A program made the position numbers and the translations under genes. From NCBI GenBank assembly GCA_003971905.1, contig RSEE01000050.1, positions 62,001 to 126,000 on the forward strand: a DNA stretch of 64,000 nt. Reading direction: 5' to 3'. This DNA comes from Moniliella sp. 'wahieum' (taxonomy: Eukaryota). Position 1 is the stretch's first letter. Each line of letters begins with the position of its first letter. The notes beneath the pieces are model-generated. The model was given only the letters and a program-made list of their open reading frames with translations, was not told the origin of the DNA and searched no databases. Positions 1-13,503 of this stretch are shown here, piece after piece.

Positions 1-1856
1 GATCGTCTCGCCTGCGGCAGTGCCCGAGTACGCGTATGAGCGTCTCAAGCCCGCGTCAGCCAAGGAAAAGTTGACCTACACTGTCACCCTCACCCCGGGC
101 AACCAGCGTGCTCTGGAATGCGCATGCACCAGATCGCCGTGACGGGCGACGAGTGGCTGACGGATGCCGAGTTGGCACGGTACGTGCGTCCGCGTCCCGA
201 GACGGCAGAGAAGGTCAAGGCGCACCTACTGCACCACGGGGTCAAGGAGCAAGATATGTGGCCAACGAGCTCGGGGACCGGTGGACCGTGACGAGCACGG
301 TGGCCCAAGCCAACAAGGCATGGAACACCAAGCTTACCTATTTCAACCACATTCGTACCAGCACACATGCCTTGCGTACCGACCAGTACGAGATCCCGGC
401 CGAGCTGGAAACCAGTGTGATCAATGTTTCCCCCTTCACCGCGTTCCACAATGCCTATGTCCCGCCCAACCGGGTCCGCAAGTTGCCTCCCAAGAAACGC
501 GTCCGAACCGCACTTTGTCATTCAACAACAAGATGGCCTCAATGCCCCTGTGCAATCGGGTCAAGGGGGATCGTGCGACGACTCGTCCATTGACATTGCC
601 TGCATCCGCTCCTACTATGGCTCTCAAAGCTACACCCCGAAGCCCAAGGACGTGCTGGACACGATGGTAATGGGCTACGTAGGGCAGTACGTCTCCAAGT
701 CGGACCTGTCCCAGTTCCTGGGGCAGTACCGTTCGGACAGAGCTCGTACCAAATCGCAATTACCACGCCGGGGGGGGCACCAACGACGAAAGCAATCCCG
801 GTACCGAGGCGATGCTGGACGTGGAGATGGTGGCCGGCATCTCGGCTCCGCTCAACACTACCTTTCTCTCTTTTGGCCCAGCAACCCGTCGGGCAGCAGC
901 TTTTTGCTGACAGTCTGGCCTATGTGTTGCAAACCTATCCTGCCGAGCATGCACCCGGGGTGATCACCATCTCCTATGGCGAGGAGGAGTCGTCCTTCTC
1001 CCTGGCTGACGCTCAGGCGTTGTGCGGCGAGATCCAAAAGCAGACCGCTCGCGGCACCACGGTCGTCACTGCGTCAGGAGACAATGGGCTGGACGGAAAC
1101 CAGGCTGAGGAGGGCCTAAAATGCACCAAGGGCTTCAACCCTACCTTTGTATGTACCTCTACCTCTTCTGCATCTCCTCTCTACCCCTCCCCCCAACCAG
1201 TGGTACGCAACACGCGTAACAGTACTGACCCATGGTTTCTAGCCGGGAGGGTGCCCGTACGTGGAGTGTTGGTGCTACTCAAAATACCAATCCGGAAGAG
1301 GCGGTTGATGGTTCGGCCCAGGGCGGGTTCAGTTCGGGCGCTGGCTTTTCCAACTACTTTCCCGGCCGCAGTACCAGTCTGCGGCAGTAGATGCCTACCT
1401 CGCTTCGATTGGCAATGCGAATGCCGGCTGTACAACAAGACGGGCCGCGCGTTCCCGGGTACGTTTGATGATCTTCCCCACTACCTCTGCGATGGAAGGA
1501 GAGACCGCTGACCAACGACGGCCGGGATAGATACGACGGCGTTTGGATTGAATGTGGACATTGTGTACCAAGGTCAAGACCAGGCGATCGGCGGTACCTC
1601 GGCGGCGGCGCCCATGACGGCAGCGCACATTGCGTTGCAACAACCACCGTCAGCAGCAAGGTCAGCCGCGGATCGGGTGGGCCAACCCGACGCTGTACAA
1701 TCGCACCTCGGCGTTTAAGGACATTACCATTGGCAAGACCGGTGGCTGCCCCGGTGCCCAAGCCAACAATGTGTTCCAGGCGGCCAAGGATGGGATCCGG
1801 CCAGCGGCCTTGGCTCACCTCTGTTTACGCAATGGCTCCAGGTCCTGGCCGAGTAA
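1..1856 (+). CDS. Sedolisin-family (S53) tripeptidyl-peptidase-like secreted protease; 5' end lies outside the window
   Basis: Motifs read across frames: EAMLDVEM (catalytic Glu/Asp, ~786-810), ASGDNG (oxyanion Asp), GRAFP, IGGTSAAAP (catalytic Ser, ~1587-1613), GWANPTLY, FKDITIG..GC and a DPASGLGSP-like C-terminus. Introns at ~1148-1242 and ~1459-1530. Several indels. Confidence 0.9.
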
Positions 1857-3199
1857 GGAAGCTTCAACCCGCCGGACCCTTTGGGTTCAAGGGCCTTGCT
1901 TCCTCTCCAACCTCTGTTTCCTTGTTGGCCGAAATACTGTACCTTAATACCGGCCGACTGTCGGTATGAACCGCAACGCGACGTCATCCCCCTCGCTTTC
2001 GTCCTCACTCTCTCCTCTCTCTCTCCCCTGCCATGGAACCACACGGATGGTAATTGTATATGACACACCCACCCTACCTTTTATATAAACTGTTCCTGTT
2101 CGAATGCACTGCACAGTGCAACAAAACCTGACTCACATGATCTATGGCATCGAGAATATCATAGGCGTGTCCTCGTTGCTTGCAGAAGTGAGTCCCGGAG
2201 GGTATGAGCCATACCCATTTCTACTCTTCCCTGACAGCAGCATTGGATGTGGCAGTAGTGGGACCATTGTGAACAACAAAGTGGAACTGATAAAGGAACA
2301 TGCGACCGAGACGGAGACAGAACGGATCACTGATGGATCAGCCACTGTACCTATATGTGATTTGGAAAACGGGGGCGTGCGCTAGTGTAAGAGATGGATG
2401 TGTTGGGCGACGGCTACAGCAACGCTACACACCTAGCAGGAGCAGGCGGTCAACAAGGCGAGAGATGGGTAAAAAACGGAGTAGGAATGGGTCCGAATAG
2501 TAGGTTCATATGGGATGAAAAAGAAGAGGGAATAGGGGATGAGGCTTGGCAGTCTGGCGGGGACGAATCCCATGGAACAACCCACGCTTCACTGCTGAGG
2601 CACTCAGCGCAAGGGGAAGCGCTGGTGCAATGAACGTTGAACAAGTCAAAGTATAAGACGATACGAGGAACAAGGTTGAGCGACAAAAGGGAACCAACCG
2701 ACAGAGCAGAGTTTCGAGCCCAGACGAGGAACATTGATCCAATGTGGGGATCAAAGGTCTGCGCGGCTGAAAGTCCGAGGAGGAAGAGGATGGAGGGAGG
2801 ACAACGAGGGGGAAGGGGGGGACAGACGGATGACCGACAAAAAAGACGAACTGAAACCAACCGCCACGCAAGGGAAACAAAATGCAATGTACGGATAGAG
2901 AGCTAGCGATCGTAGATGGGGTGGGTGGGTCCCGAAGCGGGCAACGCCTCGCCTTCCCCCGATCCGGGCAGAGGGGGGCGCGGTTGGTCCAGCAGGCCAA
3001 AGCGAGCCATGAGGCATACCCTCTGCACATGCGCTTTCCTGTTGAGTCGAACGTGGTGATGGCTTCCCATGCCTAGCATCGCCCTCTCCCTCTCCCACGC
3101 GGGGGAGACAGGGGAAGGGGACGCGAGTGGAGTGACGGTAGGCGAAAGGGAGAGGGAGTGGGAAGAAGTGGGCGAGGAGGAAAGGAAGTGAGCCATTCG

Positions 3200-4278
3200 A
3201 AAAAGTTCTGCTGCCTAACAGGGGAGGAGATCGGGGCGAAGAAACAGCCCATCCGGACTCGGCCTCGGGGTGGGGTGGTGCAGTAGTAGCCCGTCCAAGG
3301 GTAGGGCGGGAAATGGCGATGGGCTCAGTGGCCGAAGGATGGGAAACAGCGTGGCCGGGTCCGGGGAGGGAAGAGAGTGCGCGTCGTCCGAGAGAGGTTT
3401 TGACGGTTTTTTCTTCCGGGCCCGTGGAACTTCCAGCGCATTTTCGTCCCCGCGCATCGAGAAAAGGCAGATGATCTGCGTATCTTGTTCCAATTCTTCC
3501 TCCTCCTCCTCCTCCTCTCCTCTCTCCTCCTCCTCTCATCACCATCCTCCTGATCTTCCTGCTCTAACCCCCCGGCCTGAGCTCGGATGAACTTGGTATA
3601 CCTGGGGCGCTTCCGGACGGAGGATAACCAATGCCGTCCGTCGAATGAGAGGACTAGGCGGTGAGACAGCGGTTCCTTTCCGTCATGGCGGGCGGGGGCA
3701 AAAGAAGGAAGGGACGACGGGAGACGGAGCATCGACAGTGACCTCAGGAGCAGGTAATGGAGTAGACAAAGGAGCAGGAGGACTGGACTTGTCCAACGGC
3801 GACTGGGATGGTGACAGTTGTCCCAAAAGGCGGGCAGCGCCTAACTCCCAAGCCGCATCGACACTCCCCTGCACGTCCGGGTTGTCCACGGCTAGGGCCA
3901 TTTCCGTTTCATGTGCCGAGCTGGCCTGAACTTTGGCCCATGCATCTCCGGCACCAGTGCCTGGCGGAGGGGCATCCGTGTCGTCTTCGTGGCCCTCGAG
4001 ACGGTGGGGCCCAGCACCAAGAAAACGGGCCAATCCATCTCGTCGGACCTCAGAGGGGCGGCGGTCGTATTCAGTGGGACTGTGGGCAGCAACACGGGGG
4101 CTTGCGCGGAAGAGAAGCGAACGGTGCGGGGGGAGGCAGGTCTGCTCGCGGCAGAAGAAGAGCTGGAGACCGATAAGGCGAGGGAGGCGTTGCTGGCCGA
4201 AGGGGTGGGGCCAACGTCCGGTGTCGCGGGGCGGTGCAGGGACTACAAGTGCGCTTGAGACAGGACCGGAGCGGCATG
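3200..4278 (-). CDS. Hypothetical low-complexity protein with an RVxF (RTVRF) motif followed by SPTEYDR; possible PP1 regulator
   Basis: Starts MPLRSCLKR. Reads PASPRTVRFSSAQAPVLLPT, then (after a frameshift) SPTEYDRRP. Acidic E-run near 3490-3545. 3' end uncertain. Confidence 0.45.
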
Positions 4279-5553
4279 GTGGGCGACGGAGGGTTCGAGG
4301 AGGTTGGATGGGCCGACGACGGTGTGGAATGAGCAAGGCGATATGGCAGCAGTGGTATAACGGCAGCGGGGCCAGCTGAAGCAGCAGCAGCGGGGCGGAA
4401 GCAGTTGGGGACGATGGTGGGGGCTGGGCAGGGTATGTGGGGCATGGTGGTGCGAAGCCAGAAGGTATTCGAGGTGTTTGGGGGGGGGTACCCCAGGCCG
4501 CACCCTCCGCTGGGTCGTGTGGGCTGTGGGTGCTGTGGACGAAAAAATGCGAATGATAACAGCGTGCTGGACAGACAACGTCGATCGGACCCCCGCTGCG
4601 GCTGAGGCACTGGCGCCACGCGGCCAGCATGCCACACCGCCCCCGTGCTGCCGCTGCGTCTCAGCGGACGTGCTCAGGTCAGAGGGTGGGCGCCGCGGGG
4701 GCAGTGTGCGATAAGAGACGGATACTGCCGGCGGCTGGGCCCTCGACTGCCTCTTGTCCAGACCAGCAGCACCAGCGGCGGACAGTGGGGGCGGCGGTGG
4801 CCTGCGACGCGCACCGGTGGTCGTGTTTGGCCCTGCGCTCCCTGTCGAACATTCCACCTTCCTCGACCCCCCGATACGCGCACTGCGCTTCCCCCACTTG
4901 AGCCACACACGCCGCGTGGTCCCAGGTCAGGCCGTGCTCAGTCAGGCCTTGTGCCTTGGGCATTGAGGCCCACGAGCTGGTGGAGCCATTGAACACTGCC
5001 ACGACCGACCGGGTCCAACGGGCTGTGCCATCGGTCTCCGCTCTTTTTTTCCCTTTTTTACCCGCCTCATCAGTTGCATCAGTATCAGTTGGTCCTCTGT
5101 GCATCGACAAAGTATCAGCCAATCTCCTTTCTGTAAACAGTGTTATCGCCAGCTGCTCAACACTAGCATGGATGCGTGATTCCAAGTGTGTCGCAGACCC
5201 CCCATCTGAACTGATAACTGAGTTGGTTACTCCAGAAAAGACAGCCTGTTGGGCAAGATGGACTCAGTCACGCTGTCCACGACCGAGACGACGACGCGTT
5301 GGTCGAGAATCGCGTGGGAGTGGTTTCAAAATTGCAGCGGCACCAGCTACGTCCGGGTTACGTAACTTAACTCCGCTCCGTTCCTCAGGCTTCCTCAGGT
5401 CATCGCCTGGTATCGCCACTTCCGGTTTGGGCCGATCACATCATTTGTTCACCGAGAGCTGGCGCAAACTCAGCACATTCCAACTTGCCGCCGATCCCTC
5501 CGCACCGCCTCCTTCCCCTTGTGCCACCACCACCACCACCGTCCCAAGCAACC

Positions 5554-5889
5554 ATGTCTGTCGACACGCTCGCCCCCGTCCCCGCCTCTGCCCCCGCCGC
5601 CAAGCCCAACAAGTTTGTCACCGAGCTCAACCCCACGGGCATCAAGCCGTACGTGTCTGCTGCCTGTGTGCTATCCTGTGCTTTGCACAGCTGCCGACTG
5701 ACTCACTCGTTTCTCTCGCGGCGGACCGGCAGGTGCTGCGCTTGCCCCGAAACCAAGGCGGCGCGGGACGACTGTTTCTTCAAGTTTGGCCACTCGGTCG
5801 AAGAGCATGGCGAGTCGGCACGCAAGTGCGAACAGCTGGTGGCCCAGCACAGGGCGTGCATGGCTTCACTCGGCTTCAACTTGCCATGA
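5554..5889 (+). CDS. COX17: Mitochondrial copper chaperone for cytochrome c oxidase
   Basis: IKP|CCACPETKAARDDC...KCEQLVAQHRACMASLGF: CC copper site plus twin CX9C. One intron, 5649-5732 (GTACGT..CTGAC..CAG). Confidence 0.95.
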   Translation: MSVDTLAPVPASAPAAKPNKFVTELNPTGIKPYVSAACVLSCALHSCRLTHSFLSRRTGRCCACPETKAARDDCFFKFGHSVEEHGESARKCEQLVAQHRACMASLGFNLP

Positions 5890-7601
5890 GATCCTCGGTC
5901 CTAGCTGGCCCGTGTCCTACGCTCCCCACCTGGCCCCGAGGCCCGCAAGGGAACTGGAGGAACTGTTGGTAGGCCCCAACAAACTAGAGCCCTGCCAAAT
6001 CTGACTACATCGCTCTTCCTTTTTCCTGTCTATCCTGCATCATGTCCCTTCAAAAGCCACCACTCGCCTTTCGCTCCCCGTTACTTTGTCCCTGCTGTAG
6101 CTGCCGCCGTAGGTTCTTGGCGCAGAATACTGAGGGCTAACTGGCCATCACGTCATCCTACCTATGCTGCGTACTGTGGTCAGCCATACATAGGAACCTC
6201 ACTTCACCCCACTGAGATCATATCTCTGGGCGACATTTTTACCAGGGCATCAGAAGCACCAGTGCTTCGCAAACAGAGTGCTGATACGAAAAAGGTGGTC
6301 GTAGTGGTGGACGATGTATTCTTTGAAGACAATGGCCGAATTCCATTTGAATCTCTTCCGAGCTGCCTATTAGGATGTTGTGGCTTGCCTTTCGACGGCA
6401 ACAATGTTAGCGTTATCGGGACGCTGTGTGCTTATTAGAAGGTCACGCGAGAAATATTTGCTCAGAAAAGGCAGGGCGAGAGGATATTTCGAAACCACAA
6501 CGACGCCCGTTCCCGTTCCTTAAAGGGTATGTTTCTTTGGACATGTGTTCTGTTGAACGATGCTGGAAAAACCTGGTGTATAGCGGGCCGTTTTGCAGTT
6601 GGATGTTGAGAGGCTCAGCAACGTCATCAACCTCGCTTCTCCAGTATGGAATACCACATGGAGTGGCATATGGGTATGCTCTCAGCAATGTATAGCGAAA
6701 CAGACAGGGGTAAGACAGGTGAGGCCTAAGAGAACAGGAGCCAAGAAATGAGTCGTGGTTGCTTAGTACGTCGATGATCCACGGCCACGGTTCTGACCTA
6801 CTGCCAGTGGGGGGGAAGCAAGGGGAAGGAGTCTTTGTGACCGGGCTGGGGGCGGAGTCGGCGCGATAGTACATTGAAGCCACGGGCACGCGCAACTGGA
6901 AAGTTACAGAAAGGGCAGCGAAAACAGCGTCGTTCACCACAGGTCGATATGAGGATGCCGGCCACACGCCAAGGCTGGGAGTTTGATGAACTTGGCCTTG
7001 GGCATGCTGGTCAAAGAAAGAGGACAGAGGGGGTGGCACGTTGACGGGATGGTGAACAGGTGGACGGATCGAAATCAATAACTTGTCGGTTTATGACGTT
7101 CATGTTTGTTCCTAAAAAAAACACGCCTATATACTAGTGCGAGTATTATAGCGGCTGCGATGGCCAGGCAATGCCGCAAGACACGCTCCAGTCCAAACAT
7201 GTCTGTGCTAAGAACTGCACCATCGCTCGTCAAATTCAGGCAGTATACAGGACGCAGGAGAAAAAGAGACATATATAGCGCGAAGGGAAAGTTGTGGAAA
7301 AGGAGGGGGGGCAAAATAAAAGGGAGCAAGGTGCATCTCTCCCCATTATCCCTGTTCCAACAGTCCCGTTGAAAAGACGGAAAACTGAGCTAGAAAGGGT
7401 AATGATGGGATCGGGAAAAGGGTGTGGGCTAAAGCATAGGTCGGGAGCTGTGTGTGTATGCGTGTGGCATTGAGCAAGCAGTGCATACGAGGAGGAGACA
7501 CGCACAGAGAAGGGAAAAGTACATATACATAACATAACAAACAAACAGACACCGAAGCGAGAGAAGCACCGCACCCCTTTCCTTTTCCCCTTGCCTCCTC
7601 T

Positions 7602-9979
7602 TCACATCTCCGTCGTGGATGTACCATTGGCCTTGGTGGCGTCCATCATCTTCCGGACCCCGTCCGAGACATGATCCTTGAGGGTCAGCATCCTTGTCAT
7701 GGCCGCTGCCAGTTCGTTGCAGAGGGCCGAGATGTGTTCTTGGGATTGGATCTCAGCGCGTTCCAGTTGGAAGCGCAGACGTGCTTCGCGTGTCATTTGT
7801 TCCGTCACAGCCGCATGACCATCCTCCAGCGTTTGTTGCTGTGCGGCATTGTGGTCTTGTTCCACCTGGTCGGCCATCGCCGACTCGTCGCGGGAAGTGG
7901 TGTTGATCTTCTCAATCTCGGCGCGCGTCGCCTCGAGCGTCTTGTGCAGCTCGCTCGACTTTTCCTGGGCACGCTGCACTTCATCCAACAGCGCATCGTA
8001 CTTTTGTCCCACAAGCAACTTGTGTTCGGAAAAAGTGCTGGCGTTGAGCCGCCGTGTCACGCTCCCGGCGCTTGATTAGTGGCATCAAGAAGCCCTCGAC
8101 ATTGACTGGTGGCATCAGCTCACCCCGCTCCGCCACCAACTCCACCACCTCAATCGCTTCCTCCGACTCGTCCGCCCCGCCAAAGGAGGAAGTAAGTGCG
8201 TGCCGAGGCACCATAGCCGTAGTAGAACACCCACCGTCTTGGCCAGCTGATTGAAATCCTTGAGCAGGTTCTCCACCTCGCTGTTGATCCGGAAGAACTC
8301 CATCTCAATCGAGTTGAGACGCGCAACCACCTTATCCCGCTGTTCGTAATGGCGGGCCAATTGCTCTTGGCCCACGGCCCGTTGTTTTTCCTTAAGGTCG
8401 TCGTATTCTTCGGAAGACATGGGTTGGGCATCGACTTGGGCCTGGAGTTGGTTGCGGTCCGCCTCGAGCGACTGAATGTTGGCCTGCACACTCTCCTCGG
8501 TCTGTTTGAAAGTCTGATCTGTTCGGTGGTGGTGTCGACTTTACGGAGGATGTGGTGCTTGTAGTAGTCTTGGAATTTCTTGATGTCACTCACCAAGAGG
8601 TTGTAGGGTCGTCGCCTCTTGTTTGGGGGAAGGATTGTTGTGGAGAATGTTGAGCTCGTGGTCCAGTTCCCGGGTAGCTTGGCGCAGCTCCTGCAAGTCC
8701 TGAAGCACCTGCTGGTCTCGCGAGTCTGGCAAACAGAGGATGAGTTAGTTTAGTGCGCAGACCACCTGTCAGGGGGACAGGTAGGTGGAAAGAGAAGCGG
8801 GCGACGGGAGGAGGACCTAACGTACCGAAAATGTCTTCCAGCCATTCGCGTTCTTCGGGAAAGTCGTCTTGGTTCTTCCAGAACTTTTCGTACGTTTTCC
8901 AAAGGTAAGCATAAAAGTAGTCCATGTTGCTTGCGTCGGTCTGGTTGGACGGGTCCTGCGGGCCTGCACGCTCCTTGGCCTCGACGCGTTGCTCGGGCCC
9001 AACGGGAATGCGTTCCTGGTCATTGAGCACGTCCCAATGTGCACCATCCATCCCAGCATGGCAAGACAATACGGCCAGTTGGAACACCGCCTGCCGCCAT
9101 CAGACGGGACTTGGTCATGTCCTCCAAGTGAGGGTACGCCACCTCGCGAAGGAGCATGAGAATCTCATCGACTGCTTTGGACATGTGGTGCCATGACCGG
9201 CCGACGCCAACGTGCCACTTGTTCCCTGGGCAGGATGGGTGCCAGCGGAAGACTCGAATACTTGGTAGGGGTCAATGAGGCTGCGCCAGAGGGTTTGGAA
9301 CATATCAATAAACGCCAGCTGCGTGGGTTCGCGGACGGCCTTGCGGATGGACTGGCCGCCGGCCACGTGGTTCTCGCCCAAAGCGGCAATCACCAGCGCG
9401 CCATCTGCTCTTGGAACGCCTTGTTCTTGATCGGCCGCGGCTCGCGTGGGGCGGCTTGGGAGCTGGAGCCGAGCATGATGGATTCGCGCCCGCCGGGGGC
9501 CAGAGAGGCGCGGCCATGCACGGAGGAAGCAGAGCGATTCGCGCTGCAGGACAGGGTCAGCCATGCGGGGTGCGGTGGTGCGGGGGGCAGGAGTGGAGTA
9601 AGTAGTACAGTACGTACGCAGAGGGGGTGCCGATGGGGGCCAGGCTGGTGCGGCGGGAGGTGGGGGCGTTGGCCGCGTCGCGGCGGGTGGTGGGCTGGGA
9701 GAGGGGCATGCGGCGGGGGTCTGCGGCACGGCATCGTCGCGCGTGGGGGGCTGGCTGGCCGCGGCGCGGGGCAGGGCGGAGGGGCGGGTGCGCGCCGTGG
9801 TGGAGGAGGCGGTGGTGGAGCGGAGGCTGCTTCTGAGCGCGGGGCCGGCGAGGGGTCGGCGGGGTGGATGCGCTGGGCCTTGAGGCTGGCCGTGTCGGGC
9901 TGCGGGGTGCCGTGGAGGGGCGGGGGCCGGCGTCGCGGTTGGTGTCCATCGACTGGAGCGTCTGGCGGCGGAAGGACAT
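7602..9979 (-). CDS. NDC80: Kinetochore protein Ndc80/Hec1
   Basis: Basic S/P/R-rich tail from MSFRRQTL. Then REPRPIKNKAFQEQM, PTQLAFIDMFQTLW and YFYAYLWKTYEKFW..DDF (HEC domain-like), followed by long coiled-coil ORFs (8115-8489, 7602-8060). Intron near 8727-8826. Confidence 0.85.
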
Positions 9980-10100
9980 GGCGGCGGCGGCAGTCGACAC
10001 GGGCAGAGCAGCGACGCGGTGGTGGCAGCGAGCGTGGCGGCGCTGCGGACGCACCAGTGTCCAAGTCCAAGTACGCGCCCGCCGCGCCGCACAACACCGA

Positions 10101-10290
10101 CACGTGACCCGCCCAGGCACGCGGGCACATCCGCACCGCGTCGCACGGCGCCAGTGCGCAGCCGCTTCAACAACTAGTATCTACCGCCCATCGCCATTGC
10201 TTGGTGCATCATGTGATGACCGCACACGTGACCGCACACGTGACGCCAACGCGTGGCGCATAACCCCCGTGTGCGCGTGCTGATCACGTG
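10101..10290. promoter_or_regulatory. Divergent promoter (NDC80 / CBS-PB1 gene) with clustered Cbf1-type E-boxes and an MCB-like ACGCGT
   Basis: CACGTGAC at 10101, 10225 and 10237 (the last two in a 12-bp tandem repeat). TCACGTG at 10284. ACGCGT at 10249. Confidence 0.45.
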
Positions 10291-10506
10291 TGCTTTGCAG
10301 CTGCTTGGCCGTCCGAAGGCAGGCGGCAGGGACGGGGGAGTGCGCCCACACACTGCCCCTGTGCCGTGCCGGGCGGGAGGATAGCGGTTTGTTCCGGCAG
10401 CCACAGCGGCCCATCTGCCTGTCTGCCATCCTCCCCTCTGTCTCCCCTCCTCTCCCCTCCTCCCCCTCCGCCCCTGCGCACCGCCACCTGCTCTGCTGCG
10501 CCCCCC

Positions 10507-12697
10507 ATGGACTCGCCCAACGACACGCGCGCGCGCGCATCAACAAGAACGAGGTGCGTGTGCCCCCCTGGCCCAGGGTGATAACACTGACCCCCCTCCG
10601 CCTGCTTCGTTCCCCAGGCCATCCGCAAAAGGTCGAGCTGGAGCTGCAGCGCAAGGGCGGCAAGCGCGCCGCCGCCGACGAGTCGACCAAGAAGCGCCGC
10701 GGCGGCCGGCACCGCACCCGCGTGCCCGCCGCTCCGCCCGGCACGGTCGCCGCCCTGCGTCCGACGCCTGCGCTCACCGTGCCCCAGCACATCAGTGTCG
10801 CCGATGCCAGCCAGCTCTGTGCCGCCAAGCGGACGGACTGTGTGCTGGGTGGATGACTACCAGCGTCTGGCCGGCATCTTCATCACGAAGGACCTTGCTT
10901 TCCGAGTACGTTTCCCCTGCTCCCTCCCTCTCCCGAGTCTACCCGGTGGGGTGCGTGAGACTGACCCGCGTGCGGTGGGCAGGTGGTGGCGCAAGGCCTG
11001 GACACGCGTGCGACGACCGTGCGGGACATCATGACGCCGTCGCCGATGGTCACGCGCGACACCATGTCGGCGACCGATGCGCTGAACACGATGGTCACCC
11101 GTGGATTCCGGCACTTGCCCGTGTGCAACGATGAGGGGGACATTGTAGGCCTGCTGGACATTGCCAAGGTATTTTACGAGGCTCTGGAGAAGCTGGAGCG
11201 TGCGTACGGAAGCAGTCAGAAGCTCTACAATGCGCTGGAAGGCGTGCAAAATGAATGGGGCACAGGCACCGTCGGTCCTCAAAACGCCATGATGACCTAC
11301 ATTGAAGCCTTGCGGGAAAAGATGGCGCTGCCCGACCTGGCCACGTGTTTGGACGAAGGCACAACGCCTTGTACCGTTACTGTCCGCACCTCGGTCCTCG
11401 AGGCGGCCAAACTGATGAAACAACACCGCACTACCGCAGTGTGCGTGATGGAAAGTGCCGGGGATAGCTATGGAGCCAAGATTGCCGGCATCTTTACCTC
11501 GAAGGATGTGGTCTTGCGTGTTGTGCTGCTGGTCTGGACCCGCGAACGTGCAGTGTGGTGCGCGTCATGACACCTCACCCGGACACGGCCCCGCCCGAGA
11601 TGAGCATCCAGAGCGCGCTGCGCAAGATGCACGATGGACACTACCTCAACCTCCCGGTCCTGGAGGAGGGCCAGCTGGTGGGTGGTGGATGTTGCGCCTC
11701 ACATGGAAGACACTGGAGCAGATCAATTCGATGACCGATGAAGGCAGCTCGTCCGAGGTGAATGGCGGGCCGATGTGGAACCACTTTTGGAACAGTTTCG
11801 GCTCCACCTCCTTTGCTGGCTCTATCGGTTCGGCGTCGGCCGATGGCGACTCGTACCTCTCGCATGAGACGCCACTCGACCCCGACTATGCTAGCACGCC
11901 GTCACGGCAGAACGTGCTGAGTGGCGGGGACATTTCTTCGGACGTGTTCCCCCACGACAGTGCGTCGGCGGTGGCGGCGGCCCAAGCGGCGGCCGAAGCT
12001 CAAGGGCTCGAGTCGGTTACGCACGAAAGTACCTCCAAAGTGGAAGGGGCGTCCGGCCGGGCCTTGGGGGAGGAGGATCTGCCTCAAGACGATGGGTACT
12101 ACCTCTTCAAGTTTACCACGCCCACCAAGCGAGCCCACCGCTTCCAAGCTCCCTACAACAATGTGGAGCACGTTCGTGAGGTGGTGGCCATCAAGTTGGC
12201 TGGCGACGACTTTTTCGTTCCGCAGCCTGCCTCGCAAGGGCAAGAGCCCGGCCGTGCCGGACCCGCGGGACTTTAAGCTGGCATACGTTGACGATGAAGG
12301 GGACGAGGTGGTCATCACGACCGATGAGGATCTGGTTGATGCCGTCCGTCTTGCTCAACAGCTGGGGAAGGACCGGGTTACGCTTCACGTTCACGGTGGG
12401 CCCAGCTGGGCGGCAGTCGTGCCTACCGAGGAGGACAAACCGGCGGAGGAGACGGAGGAACAGCACGAAAAGTCCGCTGCGGCCGCCAAGGCGGTGCCCG
12501 CCCCGCCTGCTGCTGCCGCTGAATCCGAATCTGAGGAAGAGGAGGAACGTCCGGCGCCAAAGCGGTCGAAGAAGGTCAAGAAAGAGGACCTGATCTTTGG
12601 GGTGCTTCCCAAGGACTTGGCTCTGCCCGCTGCGATTGGCTTTTTGGGCGTGGCCGTCTTGGTGGCGGTGGTGGTGGCCCGGCCTCAGCCCAACTGA
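10507..12697 (+). CDS. CBS-pair plus PB1-domain protein with a C-terminal TM helix (S. pombe Mug70-like family)
   Basis: GTVAALRPTPALTV..ASQLCAAKRTDCVL, AGIFITKDLAFR, GFRHLPVCNDEGDIVGLLDI, AGIFTSKDVVLRV and HYLNLPV (four CBS repeats). PB1 acidic motif LAYVDDEGDEVVITTDEDLVDAV. Terminal TM segment ALPAAIGFLGVAVLVAVVV. Confidence 0.9.
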
Positions 12698-13503
12698 GCA
12701 CGCCCTAGCTCCGTCTTGTGTCCACTTTCGTCTGTGTTTCGTTTCGAAAGGCTTTCCCCTTAATTCTGTTCTATTAAGAGAGATGCACGTGGGTGCGTTC
12801 TTGCCATGCATTCGTCTTCTGTTAGTAGTCCTGGTCCTACTGCTGGATCTTTCCAATGCCACCACTAATTAACTATTCCCTTGGCGCCGTTTTCATATAG
12901 TAGTCGCAGTACGCCCCCCTGGTTGCTGGAGAAAAACACGAGAGATGTGACTTGTGACAGAGTGACGAGGAGATCAAGGATATGGTTGCCAGAGTACCCT
13001 ACAGGATTACCATCCTTTCCACCGCAGTGGACCAAGGAGGCGAAGGTAATACGAATGTGTTAAGAATGTTACCTGGGTAGTAATAGCAGCTGGGCCTCGA
13101 GCAAAGGACGACCGGGTGGGTTGTGTGGATGGTGGAAACGCCTGCAAAGAGAGCCCTGGCGCAAAAGAAACTCGGAACGAGGTCTGCGTCGGTGCGTAGT
13201 GGGTGTGTTGGGGGATCTGCTGTGGAGAGGAGCCGTCACCTACTAGATCGACGCCCGTCGGCAGGCGATAACACTTGGGAGGCCAAAAGAAGAGCTGAGC
13301 GGAGTGATTTTTAGCGGGACCTGCCGCGCTGCGCAATGATAATGAACCTGGCAGACCAACACCAGGTCACGTGCCATCTCCTCCCCCCCGTGATCACGTT
13401 TCCAATTTCATGTCGAGCTGCTCCCAGCGACCTGTGTTTCGTTCTCGCCTGCGCCGCCGCCTCTCCCCTCAGGGCCTCACGCACCACCGCGAACCGGCCC
13501 GGC

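Noticed and set aside
6443..7078. 211-aa minus-strand ORF downstream of NDC80
   Set aside because: It has no clear start, no motif and weak coding signal, so it cannot be supported as a gene.
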